From: an uncultured virus (IMG/VR IMGVR_UViG_3300039099_000002)
Taxonomy: Duplodnaviria > Heunggongvirae > Uroviricota > Caudoviricetes
Strand: one strand, 5' to 3'
Length of the DNA stretch: 64,000 nucleotides
IMG/VR virus record: IMGVR_UViG_3300039099_000002
Part shown: positions 18,855 through 29,150 of the stretch, one piece after another
How the letters are laid out: each line of letters begins with the position of its first letter
How positions within the stretch are numbered: the first letter of the stretch is position 1
Position numbers and translations under genes: made by a program
The notes under the pieces: generated by a model
What the model was told of the DNA's origin: nothing
The model's database searches: none
What the model saw: the letters and a program-made list of their open reading frames with translations, nothing else

Positions 18855-21800
18855 TTATTTCAAAGTTCCTCTCGCTTCTTTGTCTAAATTGTTGTTATCC
18901 ATCTGATCATTTTGAACGGTCATTTTGCCTCTGTTAAAAACAAGCCCGAAATTGTTTGGCTGATAACTTTCGTCTAGTCTTAACCCATCATAACCTTGAA
19001 TGAGAGCCAGCCTACCAGATGTTTTATTGCTATAGGTAATATCACCTATGAAAACGTCTCTAATTCTGTCATGAGTTTCTCTTGCTTGATTGATTATTTT
19101 TTGAGCTTGTGGCGAGACAGGAGACATACCATTGGTTAACGTAGCTTTCAAATACTCGTTGTGCGCCCTAACTGCCTCTATATAAGAGTGATCATTTTTT
19201 GCCTCGGCTATAGTATCCTTGTAGCTTTGAACTACTTTTAAGCCATCTCTTCTGGTGTACTCATATTTTCCATTCCCAACTTTTTCAATCGTGAACTTAG
19301 GTGGGGTTAAATCATAAAACAGTCCATTGATTTTGGTGTTAAAAAATTGTTGAGCAGATTTACTTTGTTTTTTGTTGAATTCGATTTCGTACCTTTCATT
19401 TCCTGTTGGAGATGATGCTATTTTTGTTTTTGTAGGCGTGACAGTTAACTTAGAGTTAAATGTATTAGAGATATTGTTCCTTATAGTGCTGTGTAGTAAA
19501 GAGTGCGCTGGGTCTGCCTTCAACTGGCTCTCTGTGAGTGGACTAAAATTTGCCGCACCAGCCGCACCCGCAGGATATTGCGTTTTTGCATCGTTTTCCT
19601 TTTGTGTAAGCCATTTTTGAAGTTGCGACTCAAGTTCTACTACATCTTGCTTGTTCTTTTTATGGTCTCCCCACTTGAAGTCTGCGCTCGTTACCATTCT
19701 TGCGGTTGCGCTGTCAGTGGGTAAAGCACCGGGATTGGAGTATTTGTTTTTATAAAGCACTGCGTGTGCGGCTTGAGCCTTACTCCCAGTTGGAGACGGA
19801 TCAAAAAGGGAAGCGACATATATACCACTTCCATACATATTGTTTCCATCTGCGCCTGTAGCTAGAAAATTGTCGCCATTTTTAAATGTGTCAAATCTTT
19901 TTTGAGAACCCATCCCCCTGAATGTTAAAGTTCCGCCATTTTGGGCAATATTATCAATTTCAGCTACAGTACCAATTTGTGGCTTGGTGTTAAACCCACG
20001 CTTCTCAGCCAAAGTGTATGCAATTGTGTCGTTTTTGCTGGCAAGTTTGACATTATTTGGTTACTATTATGCGCCGTAACTAAGGCTTCAGTCTCTTTTT
20101 CTAGTTTTTCGGCGAACGTGCTAAGAGCATCTATGTCTCCACTTTTAATCGCGTCTGCAATGTTTTGGTATGGGTTTGCTGTTTGTGGCGCAGGTGTGGG
20201 AGGTGTTTGGGGTTTAGGTGGGTTAATTATTTTATCTAAATCCGCTTTTTTGCCGTTGATGAATATGTCAACACCATTTGCTTTTGCCCATGATGCGATC
20301 GCGGGAGTCGGTTGATCTAGGCTATTTTTTGGCGAAAAATGAATCTCGGCAATGTCTGACGGTTTTACACCACCGTGAACTTGGGCTTCAACATATTTTT
20401 TACCTGTACCAGCCCAAGTACCATCTGTAATTCTTGATAGGTCATCAATATTTTTAGCTTTTGCGGCGTTTTGTAAGATTTCCTTATCTTCACCATTCGA
20501 GGCATAATAGATTGAGTAGTGAGACGGCAGCTTATCGCGCTTATACCCATGTCTTGTCATGGGTATTAAGCTTGAAGCGTCAGGTGGTGGTGGATTACCG
20601 TTATTTGTGACATCGCTTGCATACCCTGACTTAAACGAGTCACTTGCAGTAAATGTCATTCTGTCTTTTACTGCGTCTTTTTTGAGTTTTATAGAAATTG
20701 AGCCATAAACCTTGGCTACATCAGAGTGAGATTTGCCATTTAAATCGTTGCTCCCCAAGTATGCAGAAATAGGTCTGTCTGTGTCTAAAGCATTTGTGGG
20801 AATACCATTAGCAAGTTTTTCAACACGGCTACGCGCTGTTAAATAATTTTTATCAAGCAGGTCTGGAATATTGTGAGTAGTTTTGCCAAGCTGGTAAGCA
20901 TTTTTAAATTCAGAACCTAAAATAAGCTCCAGGGTATCGCTTTTACTCACCCTAATGAATGGCTGAGTGTCATTTGAATCCAGGATTTTTTTGACGTTAT
21001 TTTCAGCGTCATCTACGGCCTTTTGTCCCGCATTTTGTATCAGTTCATTTCTTGCATCAACAAGCCCCTTTTTATTTGTCGGGTTTTTATTGGGATTTTT
21101 GTTGCCCAAAATTTTATTTTTTAATGCGTTAATCTTCACCCCAATTGTTGATTGTGCAGGTGCAGGTGTGGGTGCAGGTGTGGGTGCAGGTGTGGGTGCA
21201 GGTGTGGGTGCAGGTGTGGGTGCAGGTGTGGGTGCAGGTGTGGGTGCAGGTGTGGGTGCAGGTGTGGGTGCAGGTGTGGGTGCAGGTTTCGCGCCTATTC
21301 CGAGCGTTGCTGCATTTGCCATGTGCGAACTATGTAAATTTGCTCCAGTTGATATTTGATCTGCAAGCCACCCAGCGTAAGTTGCGTGAGCAGGATTAAG
21401 TGGGTTGTTACAGTTTTTCTTGCTTTGTGCCAGACAAGCAAAACCATTTGGACCCTTGCAAGACCACCCCTTGGTGCAATTCATCTGTTTCTGAGCAAAG
21501 TTAAAAAATTCCAATGGCAAATATTTGACTTGCTCCGATAATTCCAGAGCCATTTTCATTGCCACATAATATGTCTCACTCTCTTCGGAGTGACTTAAAA
21601 CATCTATATTTTGAGGGGCTAAAACAATTTTGTCTTTGTTAATATCAAAGCCCATTATCAGTTTTTTCCCTCCCATACGCGGAGTTTCAAAAAAGCCAGA
21701 TATTATGTGTCCAGGGTTAGGTTTTTCCAAAATATTAAAATTTTCTATTTTGCCACCATAGTTTTCGTCTACCATTTCGTAGACCATTTTTTGCATGAAT

Positions 21801-21874
21801 CTTAATTTTTCTGACTTGCTATTCAAAGAGTTGTATTTGCTGGTAATTGAGTCTTGTGTAATTACGTTTTTCAT
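18855..21874 (-). CDS. polymorphic effector E: shared N-domain + (PAPT)n + DUF3626-like + ART-like domain; split by a frameshift at ~20059
   Basis: [36 protein letters not shown] (DUF3626-like); adding one C gives [21 protein letters not shown] matching paralog [24 protein letters not shown]. Confidence 0.75.
21153..21287. repeat. 12-bp intragenic tandem repeat (PAPT)
   Basis: GTGCAGGTGTGG, about 11 copies. Confidence 0.95.
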
Positions 21875-22123
21875 TGCGCTTATAAATGTATTGTCTGCTA
21901 TTTAAGTAAAGTATATTTACAAAATTGTATCATACCCATTTGTTTTTGTCGCCGTTAATAACAGCAAATTGCAACATAAAATTTCCTTATTCTGTATTTA
22001 TGTCGGTATTATTAAATTTGTCTACGTAATTTGTATTACTAAAAAGTGATTTTAATGCTTGCTTTTTTGCTTAAAAATAGTATTATAAATGCAAGAAGAA
22101 AAGAAAAAATTAAACAAAATAAA

Positions 22124-22497
22124 ATGGGAAATTAAATTACTCTGATACCACAGATTTATTTGAAGCGGCGACTATGTACGCCTTGAGACTTGATGGATAT
22201 AAATACAGGAAAGAAGAAGGGTTTGATGACTATAAAAAATACAAAGAATTGATGGATGGCGAAGAAATAAAAGACGAAGAGTCGTTGCCAACACTATTTT
22301 TCCTTCAGCGGGATCTAGCCAAAGGTCAACGTGAAGCCAAACTTTTTAAAGGGTTCTGGACAATATTTCTGAAATCAATAAAACTAACAGCAGAAATACC
22401 AGAAAAATATCAAAACGAAAAATACATCAAACAACGGAATGAAATTAAAAAAGACTTGGGTGAAATAACAAAAGAGGCGGGAAAATTAGCCAAATAG
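22124..22497 (+). CDS. putative immunity/partner protein family 2 (1-bp frameshift just after ATG 22124; open from 22174)
   Basis: ALR.DGY.Y, PTLFFLQRDLAKGQ shared with 24540 and 25589; LNYSDTTDLFEA aligns to LDYSDFTDLFEA; convergent on effector C. Confidence 0.7.
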
Positions 22498-22540
22498 GGA
22501 GATAAAGTAGATATCCTAGATTAAAAAACAGTCAAATAAA

Positions 22541-24394
22541 TTACGCCTTTGAAGATATATGCTTGGATTTAATTCCTTCAAGCATTACCACAAACTCATT
22601 TTCCTTGTCGCCATAAAATGGTGTTTTTCCGCTTCCTGGGATAGCTTCGTGAAAATATGCGCCGAATACCCTATGAATTGGCACAACCTGCGAAGTTAGC
22701 TCTGTTGTACTAGCGACATATACTTCTTTGAATATGGACGTAGATTCCATTGAGCCACGTTTTATATATGAGTTGTCGTCTCCAACTTTTGAGTTATAGA
22801 TGTCTGTAACATTTTTGCCCTCTGTGCGAAGTAAAGTTATAGTGCCATCTTTGTTTTTGTTGGGAAAATCAGTTTTTGACAGCATCTCATAAGTAAATGC
22901 GTGATACGCCGTCAAAGTGTTATTATATATCTCTTTTGTATGTCCCTTTTTCTGATTTTCCGAAACAGCTTTATATTGGTTCTCTGAAATAGCACGACTA
23001 AATTTGCCCTTCCAATACAAATCTTCGGGAGGAACATTTCTTTGTTTTGACATAAAATACTTCGCTGCTCTTGGGTATCTTCCCCAAGACGTATTTCCTT
23101 GTCCAGCCATCCAGCTTTCTAAGATACCATAATCGCCACCACCACTATCATTGTTCACATACTTCTGAAAATCGTACATTGTTGAGTCCGAGCCGCGCAA
23201 ATTATCAAATTCTTTGTCATTTTCATCAACAACTTTTGTAAAATCTGCGGAGTCAAAGTCTTTTGATTTTTGTTTAAATTCTTTCGGGAATTTTTCTGTA
23301 ATTCCTGCTGCTCTTATTCCTACAGTGTGTCTTGTAAAGTTGCCGATATAATCATCATTCCATTTGTCGTCATCTAGAGTCTTGCTGATGTCTGCGACTC
23401 GCTTCATTTCATCAAGTCTACTACCTATTATTTCTTGATCTTCTTTGCTGAAAATGCCATTAAGGTTGTCTTTCTTGCTAACCAAATCATTTATTTGGGT
23501 TACTACCTCTTTGTGTGTTAATTTACCAAAATATTCTGCACCATCTGGGTTCACTTTTGTATCTTTCATGCTCCATAAATCCAGCGGGTATTTGTTCCAA
23601 AATTTAGAATCTTTTTTAGCACCCTGCGCTCGATAACCAAGAGAACCGCCATTGTCTATCCGGTAAACCTTGCCATCGTTGCCAAGCATAATGTTGTCTT
23701 TTTCTAGTCCAACAACATCCCAATTACCCAAAAGTGCATCCGCAGCAAAATGTTTTTTAATCTCGCTCTTGATTAAGTCTTTTTCTTGTTGTGTCCCGTT
23801 TTTATTTATCTCGGCTAAATCCCTGCCTTCTACATATTCAGCAAGCTTCGTTGGCTTACCGCTGGCATCTTTGTAAACTTTGTGATTAGGGACGTTGATG
23901 CCTAGAGCTTGGTATGCACTATCTGCGATCGCCTCATTTTCCAAATGCTCTGGACTGCTGCCATTTTTCATCACATACTGCTTGCCAGTCACAGGATCTT
24001 TGACGAGTTGTGCGCCTGTCGTGCCACCAAGTTTTTTGACAACGACAAGATTATCTAAATTGTCTGGGAACTTGCTATTGTTTTTAAATTCTGGCTTGTC
24101 CGCTGGCTTAACTATGGCTTTATTTTTATTCTTTTGATCTTTTAGCCAGTCAATATAAGTGACATGATTTTGACTCAAGCTACTGAAGCAATTTTTTTTA
24201 GCACGAGACAAGCAAGCATATCCGTTTTCGCCTTTACAAGACCACCCAATAGTGCAGTTCATCCGCTTTTCAGCAAACTTAAAAAATTCTATCGGATAAT
24301 AATTTGTTTTTTCCGAAAAAGAACTAACTAGTCCTAAGCTCAAAAAGCACAAAGATTCATTTTCGCTTTGATTTAAAACATCTAGATTTTTCAT
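22541..24394 (-). CDS. polymorphic effector C: truncated shared N-domain + PI3/4K/HipA-like kinase + R-S-E ART-like domain
   Basis: LGGTTGA, YVMK, LENE, LLGNWDVVG, DNIM, RIDNGGSL; TLLRTE, MESTSI, ENEFVV. Confidence 0.75.
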   Translation of the reverse strand: MKNLDVLNQSENESLCFLSLGLVSSFSEKTNYYPIEFFKFAEKRMNCTIGWSCKGENGYACLSRAKKNCFSSLSQNHVTYIDWLKDQKNKNKAIVKPADKPEFKNNSKFPDNLDNLVVVKKLGGTTGAQLVKDPVTGKQYVMKNGSSPEHLENEAIADSAYQALGINVPNHKVYKDASGKPTKLAEYVEGRDLAEINKNGTQQEKDLIKSEIKKHFAADALLGNWDVVGLEKDNIMLGNDGKVYRIDNGGSLGYRAQGAKKDSKFWNKYPLDLWSMKDTKVNPDGAEYFGKLTHKEVVTQINDLVSKKDNLNGIFSKEDQEIIGSRLDEMKRVADISKTLDDDKWNDDYIGNFTRHTVGIRAAGITEKFPKEFKQKSKDFDSADFTKVVDENDKEFDNLRGSDSTMYDFQKYVNNDSGGGDYGILESWMAGQGNTSWGRYPRAAKYFMSKQRNVPPEDLYWKGKFSRAISENQYKAVSENQKKGHTKEIYNNTLTAYHAFTYEMLSKTDFPNKNKDGTITLLRTEGKNVTDIYNSKVGDDNSYIKRGSMESTSIFKEVYVASTTELTSQVVPIHRVFGAYFHEAIPGSGKTPFYGDKENEFVVMLEGIKSKHISSKA

Positions 24395-24539
24395 ATTCTT
24401 GTTTAAATAAATGACTGTATACAGTAAGTTAAGCAGAGATAATATAGTTATTGTATCATGTTTTTAAATTGCTATTTATTTATGTTTGTTTTTTGTCTAC
24501 AAAACAGTACAATAAAAAGACAAATAAAAAAGAAATAAA

Positions 24540-24923
24540 ATGCAAAACCTAGATTATTCTGATTTTACAGATTTATTTGAAGCCGTTACCATATTTGCTC
24601 TAAGATTTGACGGCTATACGTACAGAGAAGACAACAAAGACTTTAGTGATTACAAAAATTACCAACAATTGATGGACGGAAAAGAAATAAAAGACGAAGA
24701 CTTGTTGCCAACACTATTTTTTATTCAGCGGGATCTTGCTAAGGGTCAACACGAACCAGACAGCAAACTTTTTGGGATTTTTTGGGCATTATTTTTGAAA
24801 TCAACAAAACTGCCAATAGAAATATCAGAAAAATATCAAAATGAAGAACACGTTAAGCAGTGGAATGAAATTAAAAAAGATTTGGGGGAAATAACAAAAG
24901 AGGCAGGAAAATTAACCAAATAA
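24540..24923 (+). CDS. putative immunity/partner protein family 2
   Basis: Paralog of 22174 and 25589; convergent on relic D. Confidence 0.75.
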   Translation: MQNLDYSDFTDLFEAVTIFALRFDGYTYREDNKDFSDYKNYQQLMDGKEIKDEDLLPTLFFIQRDLAKGQHEPDSKLFGIFWALFLKSTKLPIEISEKYQNEEHVKQWNEIKKDLGEITKEAGKLTK

Positions 24924-25272
24924 CGAATTGCGATTTAATCAGTATTGCTTTTTTGGCTCTTGAGGATATGTGCTTAGATTTAATACCTTCAAGCATTACT
25001 AAAAACTCATTTTCATTATCATCAAAAAATGGAGTTCTGTCGCTTCCTGGGTCGGTGCTATTAAAATATGTCCCAAACACTCTATCCCTGCCTTCTATAT
25101 ATTCAGCAAGCTTCGTGGGCTTACCGCTGGCATCTTTGTAGACTTTGTGATTAGGGACGTTGATGCCTAGAGCTTGGTATGCACTTTTTTGCATGAATCT
25201 TAATTTTTCTGACTTGCTATTCAAAGAGTTGTATTTGCTGGTAATTGAGTCTTGTGTAATTACGTTTTTCAT
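24871..25272 (-). pseudogene. internally deleted effector relic D
   Basis: In-frame mosaic: first 29 aa identical to effector E, then kinase fragment SAYQ...EGRD, then ART tip RVFGTYF...ENEFLVMLEGIKSKH. Confidence 0.85.
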
Positions 25273-25527
25273 TGCGCTTATAAATGTATTGTCTGCTATT
25301 TAAGTAATGAATATTTATGAAATTCTATCACGCTTGCTGTTTTTTGTCTCTGTGCCTATATACAATGAGTTACATAAAGTTAGTATAATTATTGTATCAC
25401 GCCTTTAATTGAATTTTTTACACAACTTTAATACCGTTTCCAAAATAGACCCTTGTTCTCGCTTGAGAATTGTCAATAAATTTGATTTTTTGTTATTAAA
25501 TATTTTAAATTTTTTACCACTAAATGC

Positions 25528-25556
25528 TTGCGTTTTTGTCTAAAAAATAGTATAAT
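25528..25556 (+). promoter_or_regulatory. sigma70-type promoter of family 2 partner gene
   Basis: TTGCGT-17-TATAAT; related copies at 22059-22086 and 24486-24513. Confidence 0.65.
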
Positions 25557-25588
25557 AAAAACACAAACAAAAAACAAAAAACAAAAAA

Positions 25589-26023
25589 ATGATAAGTTTA
25601 GAAGATTTTGGTAGTGAGTTTTGGTATAGCAGTAGGAACTTCAACAGACTATTCAAGGATGTAAGTGAATTTGCATTAAGCTTTGATGGATGGAAGTATT
25701 CAGCAGAAAATAAGGATTTTACGCCTCGATTAATGAGGAAGAATATAGAAGCATTAGAAGAGGGCAGAGAGATCCCTGAAACCCAATTTGTGCCACAACT
25801 GTTTTTCCTTCAGAGAGGTCTTGCTAAGGGACAATATGAAATAAATGCCAAAAATTACAAGATTTTTTATGAGCTTTTCTTAAAGTGTTTAGAAATAAGC
25901 GACGATATAGAAGAAGGGTACAGACAAGAGGAGTATTATGAAAAATGGAAGAAAAAAAAGAACAATTTGCAAGAAATAATTAAAAACGTAAAAAACATAC
26001 TGGAGTCAGTAAACTGGAAATAA
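25589..26023 (+). CDS. putative immunity/partner protein family 2
   Basis: FALSFDGWKY, PQLFFLQRGLAKGQ; convergent on effector B. Confidence 0.75.
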   Translation: MISLEDFGSEFWYSSRNFNRLFKDVSEFALSFDGWKYSAENKDFTPRLMRKNIEALEEGREIPETQFVPQLFFLQRGLAKGQYEINAKNYKIFYELFLKCLEISDDIEEGYRQEEYYEKWKKKKNNLQEIIKNVKNILESVNWK

Positions 26024-26121
26024 CAATATTTAACTAAAAAATACACAAATTTATCGTGTATTTTTTAGTTAGAAGACCGCGACTCTAATGTATTGTCTTT
26101 CCCGTTATCCTGCTTTTCTGA

Positions 26122-26203
26122 CTATGGTTTTGACTTAGATTTATCGCTAGATTCATGATAAACATCAACACCTTCTAGCATGGCTACAAACTCATTTTCA
26201 ACA
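26122..26203 (-). pseudogene. orphan alternative C-terminal tip of effector B
   Basis: ENEFVAMLEGVDVYHESSDKSKSKP* duplicates the end of 26204 gene (ENEFVAMLEGVSVYHKSSDY*). Confidence 0.75.
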
Positions 26204-28900
26204 TCAATAATCGCTAGATTTATGATAAACACTAACACCTTCTAGCATCGCTACAAACTCGTTTTCACTGTTACCAGCAAACATACCTTTGTTATCTGTT
26301 TCAGTCCTTGAATTAAAGTATGTTCCAAATATTCTGTGTATTGGCACTTTTTGAACTGTTACTTCTGTTGCTGTTCCGACATAAGTTTCCCTCACCAAAG
26401 ATGTAGACTCCATTGCGCCACGATCAATTTTGCCAGTGTCACCAGGTTTAAGATTGTACAAGTCTGTTACATCTTTATCCTCTGTGCGGATAAGTGTTAT
26501 AGTGCCGTCTTGGTTTTTGTTTGGAATATCCGCTTTTGATAGCATTTCATAGGTAAAGGCGTGCATTGCGGTCAACGTTTCATCAACAGTCTTTTTATTC
26601 CATCCGAACCCCTTTGGTGGACTTTGGGGCAAAATTTCGTAATTTCCTCCTGCGGAACTTTCGCCATTTCGCCAGTAATAAGAATCCTTTGAAATATTTC
26701 TTTGATTTGCGAAGAAATATTTTACTGCTTGAGGGATATCATTCCAGGAGTCACTCGCTTGCTGAGTTGCCCACTCAGTAATAATAGTAAAATCTCCTTT
26801 GTTTTTGCCCATGTATTCTTTGAGATCGGATACTATTGAATTTTTGCCGCGCAAATTATCAAAGTCGTTCCCCTTTTCATCAACCATTGTTGTAAAATAA
26901 TCATCAATGGAATTTGTAGACTTTTGTTTAAACTTATTTGGCAACTTGTCTGTAATCCCTGCTGCTCTTGTACCAACAGTATGCTTTGTGAAGTTACCGA
27001 TGTAGTCATCATTCCACTTGTCTTCATCCAGCGTTTTACTGATGTCTGCGACTCGCTTCATTTCCTCAATTCTGCCGTCTATTATCTCTTGGTCTTCTTT
27101 GCTAAAAATACCCTTTAGCTTATCTTTCTTTGACACCAAATCGTTTATTTGGTTTACCACTTCTTTGTGAGTTAAGTCGCCAAAATATTCTGCACCGTCT
27201 GGATTTATGGATTTATCTCTCATACTCCACAAATCTAGTGGATATTTATTCCAGAATTTAGGATCTTTTTTAGCACCCTGCGCTCGATAACCAAGTGAAC
27301 CGCCATTGTCTATACGGTAAACCTTGCCATCGTTGCCAAGCATAATGTTGTCTTTTTCTAGTCCAACAACATCCCAATTACCCAAAAGTGCATCCGCAGC
27401 AAAATGTTTTTTAATCTCGCTCTTAATTAAGTCTTTTTCTTGTTGTGTACCGTTTTTCATTATTTCGGCTAAATCCCTGCCTTCTACATATTCTGCTAGT
27501 TTTACATCCTTACCGTTAGGATTTTTATAAAGTTTGTGGCTGGGGACGTTTATGCCTAAAGCTTGATATGCACTATCGCCGATCGCTTCATTTTCCAAAT
27601 GCTTTGCGCTGCTGCCATTTTTCATCACATACTGTTTACCAGTTGCGGGGTCTTTAACTAGCTTTGCGCCTGTTGTACCACCAAGTTTTTTGACAACAAC
27701 AAGACTGTCTAAATTATCTGGGAATTTACCATCGTTTTGGGGTGATTTAGGTGCGGGGTTGTCGTCCGGTTTAACCGTAGATGTTGGATTAATATCAGGT
27801 TTATTCGTAGGCGTTGGCTTAATATTAGGTTTATTCGTAGGTGTTGGCTTAATATTAGGTTTGTTCGTAGGTGTTGGCTTAATATTAGGTTTGTTCGTAG
27901 GTGTTGGCTTAATGATCCCAAGAGCCTTGGCTTCGTCCATGTGACCCTTGTGAAGTTTAGCCCCTTTCCTTATTTGGTCTTTTAGCCAGCTAATATATGT
28001 TTTATGGTTAGGATTCAGATTGTTGTTACAGTTCTTCTTTGTTTTAGACAAACAGGCATAACCATTTTCACCCTTACAAGACCAGCCAACGGTGCAATTC
28101 ATCTGCTTTTGTGCAAAGTCGAAAAACTCAATCGGATAGTAGTTGGCTTTTTCTGAGAAAGAGTTAACTAAACCCAGACTCAAAAGATATAAAGACCCGC
28201 TTTCGCTATTGTTTAATACCTCTAAATTCTGCGGTGCTAAGACGATTTTACTATCATCTATATCAAAACCCATTATTAGTTTTTTACCGCCCATACGTGG
28301 CGTTTCAAAGCCTCCAGATATGATATAGCCAGCTTTTGGCTTCTCTAAAATCTTAAAATTTTGTATCTTGCCTCCATAGTTCTCATCAACTATTTCATAA
28401 ACCATAGATGCCATAAAATCGGGCTTTTCGGTATCACTTAATGAGTTGTATTTATCGTTAATTCTAGTTTTTAAATCTTGCTCCGAAAAAACATAATTTC
28501 TCTTGTTTTTTTCAATATGATCTGTATCTACTGCTTTGATTCCGCCAAACCTATCCTCTGGCATTTCACTTAAATAGGCTTCTTTGGCTTCTAATTCGGT
28601 GAAAAAACCAATCATGTATTTATGCTCGTCAAAATTTCCGTCACCGTCAAGCTGCTCAATTTCAAAAACCAGACCAACATTTGATGGGTCTGCTATATAG
28701 CTGGGCGAAACATAACAATCAAGAGTTTCTTTGTCCGCCCCAACATATCCCCTGATATGCCCATAACAAATTTTTAGCTCCCTTTCGTGAGGTGTACCCA
28801 CAAATCTTTTATCACCTGGGAAATACTCGATGCCAAGTTTTTTGTTAAAAAAAGGTATTATTTTCTTAGCTGACGCATAATCAAGCGTGCTATTTTTCAT
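26204..28900 (-). CDS. polymorphic effector B: InPase-like + shared N-domain + linker + kinase + R-S-E ART-like
   Basis: YGHIRGYVGADKETLDCYV, FDEHKYMIGF...AKEAYL (InPase); kinase and ART motifs as in C; GGAGGA RBS before ATG 28900. Confidence 0.8.
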   Translation of the reverse strand: MKNSTLDYASAKKIIPFFNKKLGIEYFPGDKRFVGTPHERELKICYGHIRGYVGADKETLDCYVSPSYIADPSNVGLVFEIEQLDGDGNFDEHKYMIGFFTELEAKEAYLSEMPEDRFGGIKAVDTDHIEKNKRNYVFSEQDLKTRINDKYNSLSDTEKPDFMASMVYEIVDENYGGKIQNFKILEKPKAGYIISGGFETPRMGGKKLIMGFDIDDSKIVLAPQNLEVLNNSESGSLYLLSLGLVNSFSEKANYYPIEFFDFAQKQMNCTVGWSCKGENGYACLSKTKKNCNNNLNPNHKTYISWLKDQIRKGAKLHKGHMDEAKALGIIKPTPTNKPNIKPTPTNKPNIKPTPTNKPNIKPTPTNKPDINPTSTVKPDDNPAPKSPQNDGKFPDNLDSLVVVKKLGGTTGAKLVKDPATGKQYVMKNGSSAKHLENEAIGDSAYQALGINVPSHKLYKNPNGKDVKLAEYVEGRDLAEIMKNGTQQEKDLIKSEIKKHFAADALLGNWDVVGLEKDNIMLGNDGKVYRIDNGGSLGYRAQGAKKDPKFWNKYPLDLWSMRDKSINPDGAEYFGDLTHKEVVNQINDLVSKKDKLKGIFSKEDQEIIDGRIEEMKRVADISKTLDEDKWNDDYIGNFTKHTVGTRAAGITDKLPNKFKQKSTNSIDDYFTTMVDEKGNDFDNLRGKNSIVSDLKEYMGKNKGDFTIITEWATQQASDSWNDIPQAVKYFFANQRNISKDSYYWRNGESSAGGNYEILPQSPPKGFGWNKKTVDETLTAMHAFTYEMLSKADIPNKNQDGTITLIRTEDKDVTDLYNLKPGDTGKIDRGAMESTSLVRETYVGTATEVTVQKVPIHRIFGTYFNSRTETDNKGMFAGNSENEFVAMLEGVSVYHKSSDY
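27790..27912. repeat. 30-bp intragenic tandem repeat (KPTPTNKPNI)
   Basis: About 4 copies. Confidence 0.9.
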
Positions 28901-29150
28901 TATTTCTGTCCTCCATTTTTTTGGATATTTTGTTGTAAACTGCAAGCAATTTTAGCCACTTCAAAAATGACATTTCTTGCCAGTATTTTAAATTTGCAAA
29001 ATTATCGCCATTAAGATGAAAAGTTATCTCTAGCCAATTGTCATAATTAATAAATAATGGCGTTTGGTTCAAAACTTTGCGCCATTCATTTTTATTAAAT
29101 CTAATGCGATCGCGTGAACTCAAAAAATAAGCAACACATTCGGACTCAAA
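28890..29150 (-). CDS. tail assembly chaperone frameshift extension (gpT-like)
   Basis: Frame open from TTT at 29150 overlapping the stop of 29146..29826; no ATG start. Confidence 0.55.
   Translation of the reverse strand, partial: FESECVAYFLSSRDRIRFNKNEWRKVLNQTPLFINYDNWLEITFHLNGDNFANLKYWQEMSFLKWLKLLAVYNKISKKMEDRNNEK

Noticed and set aside
20967..21399. Plus-strand (GAGV)n, (VQVW)n and (CRCG)n ORFs
   Set aside because: Antisense shadows of the PAPT linker of effector E
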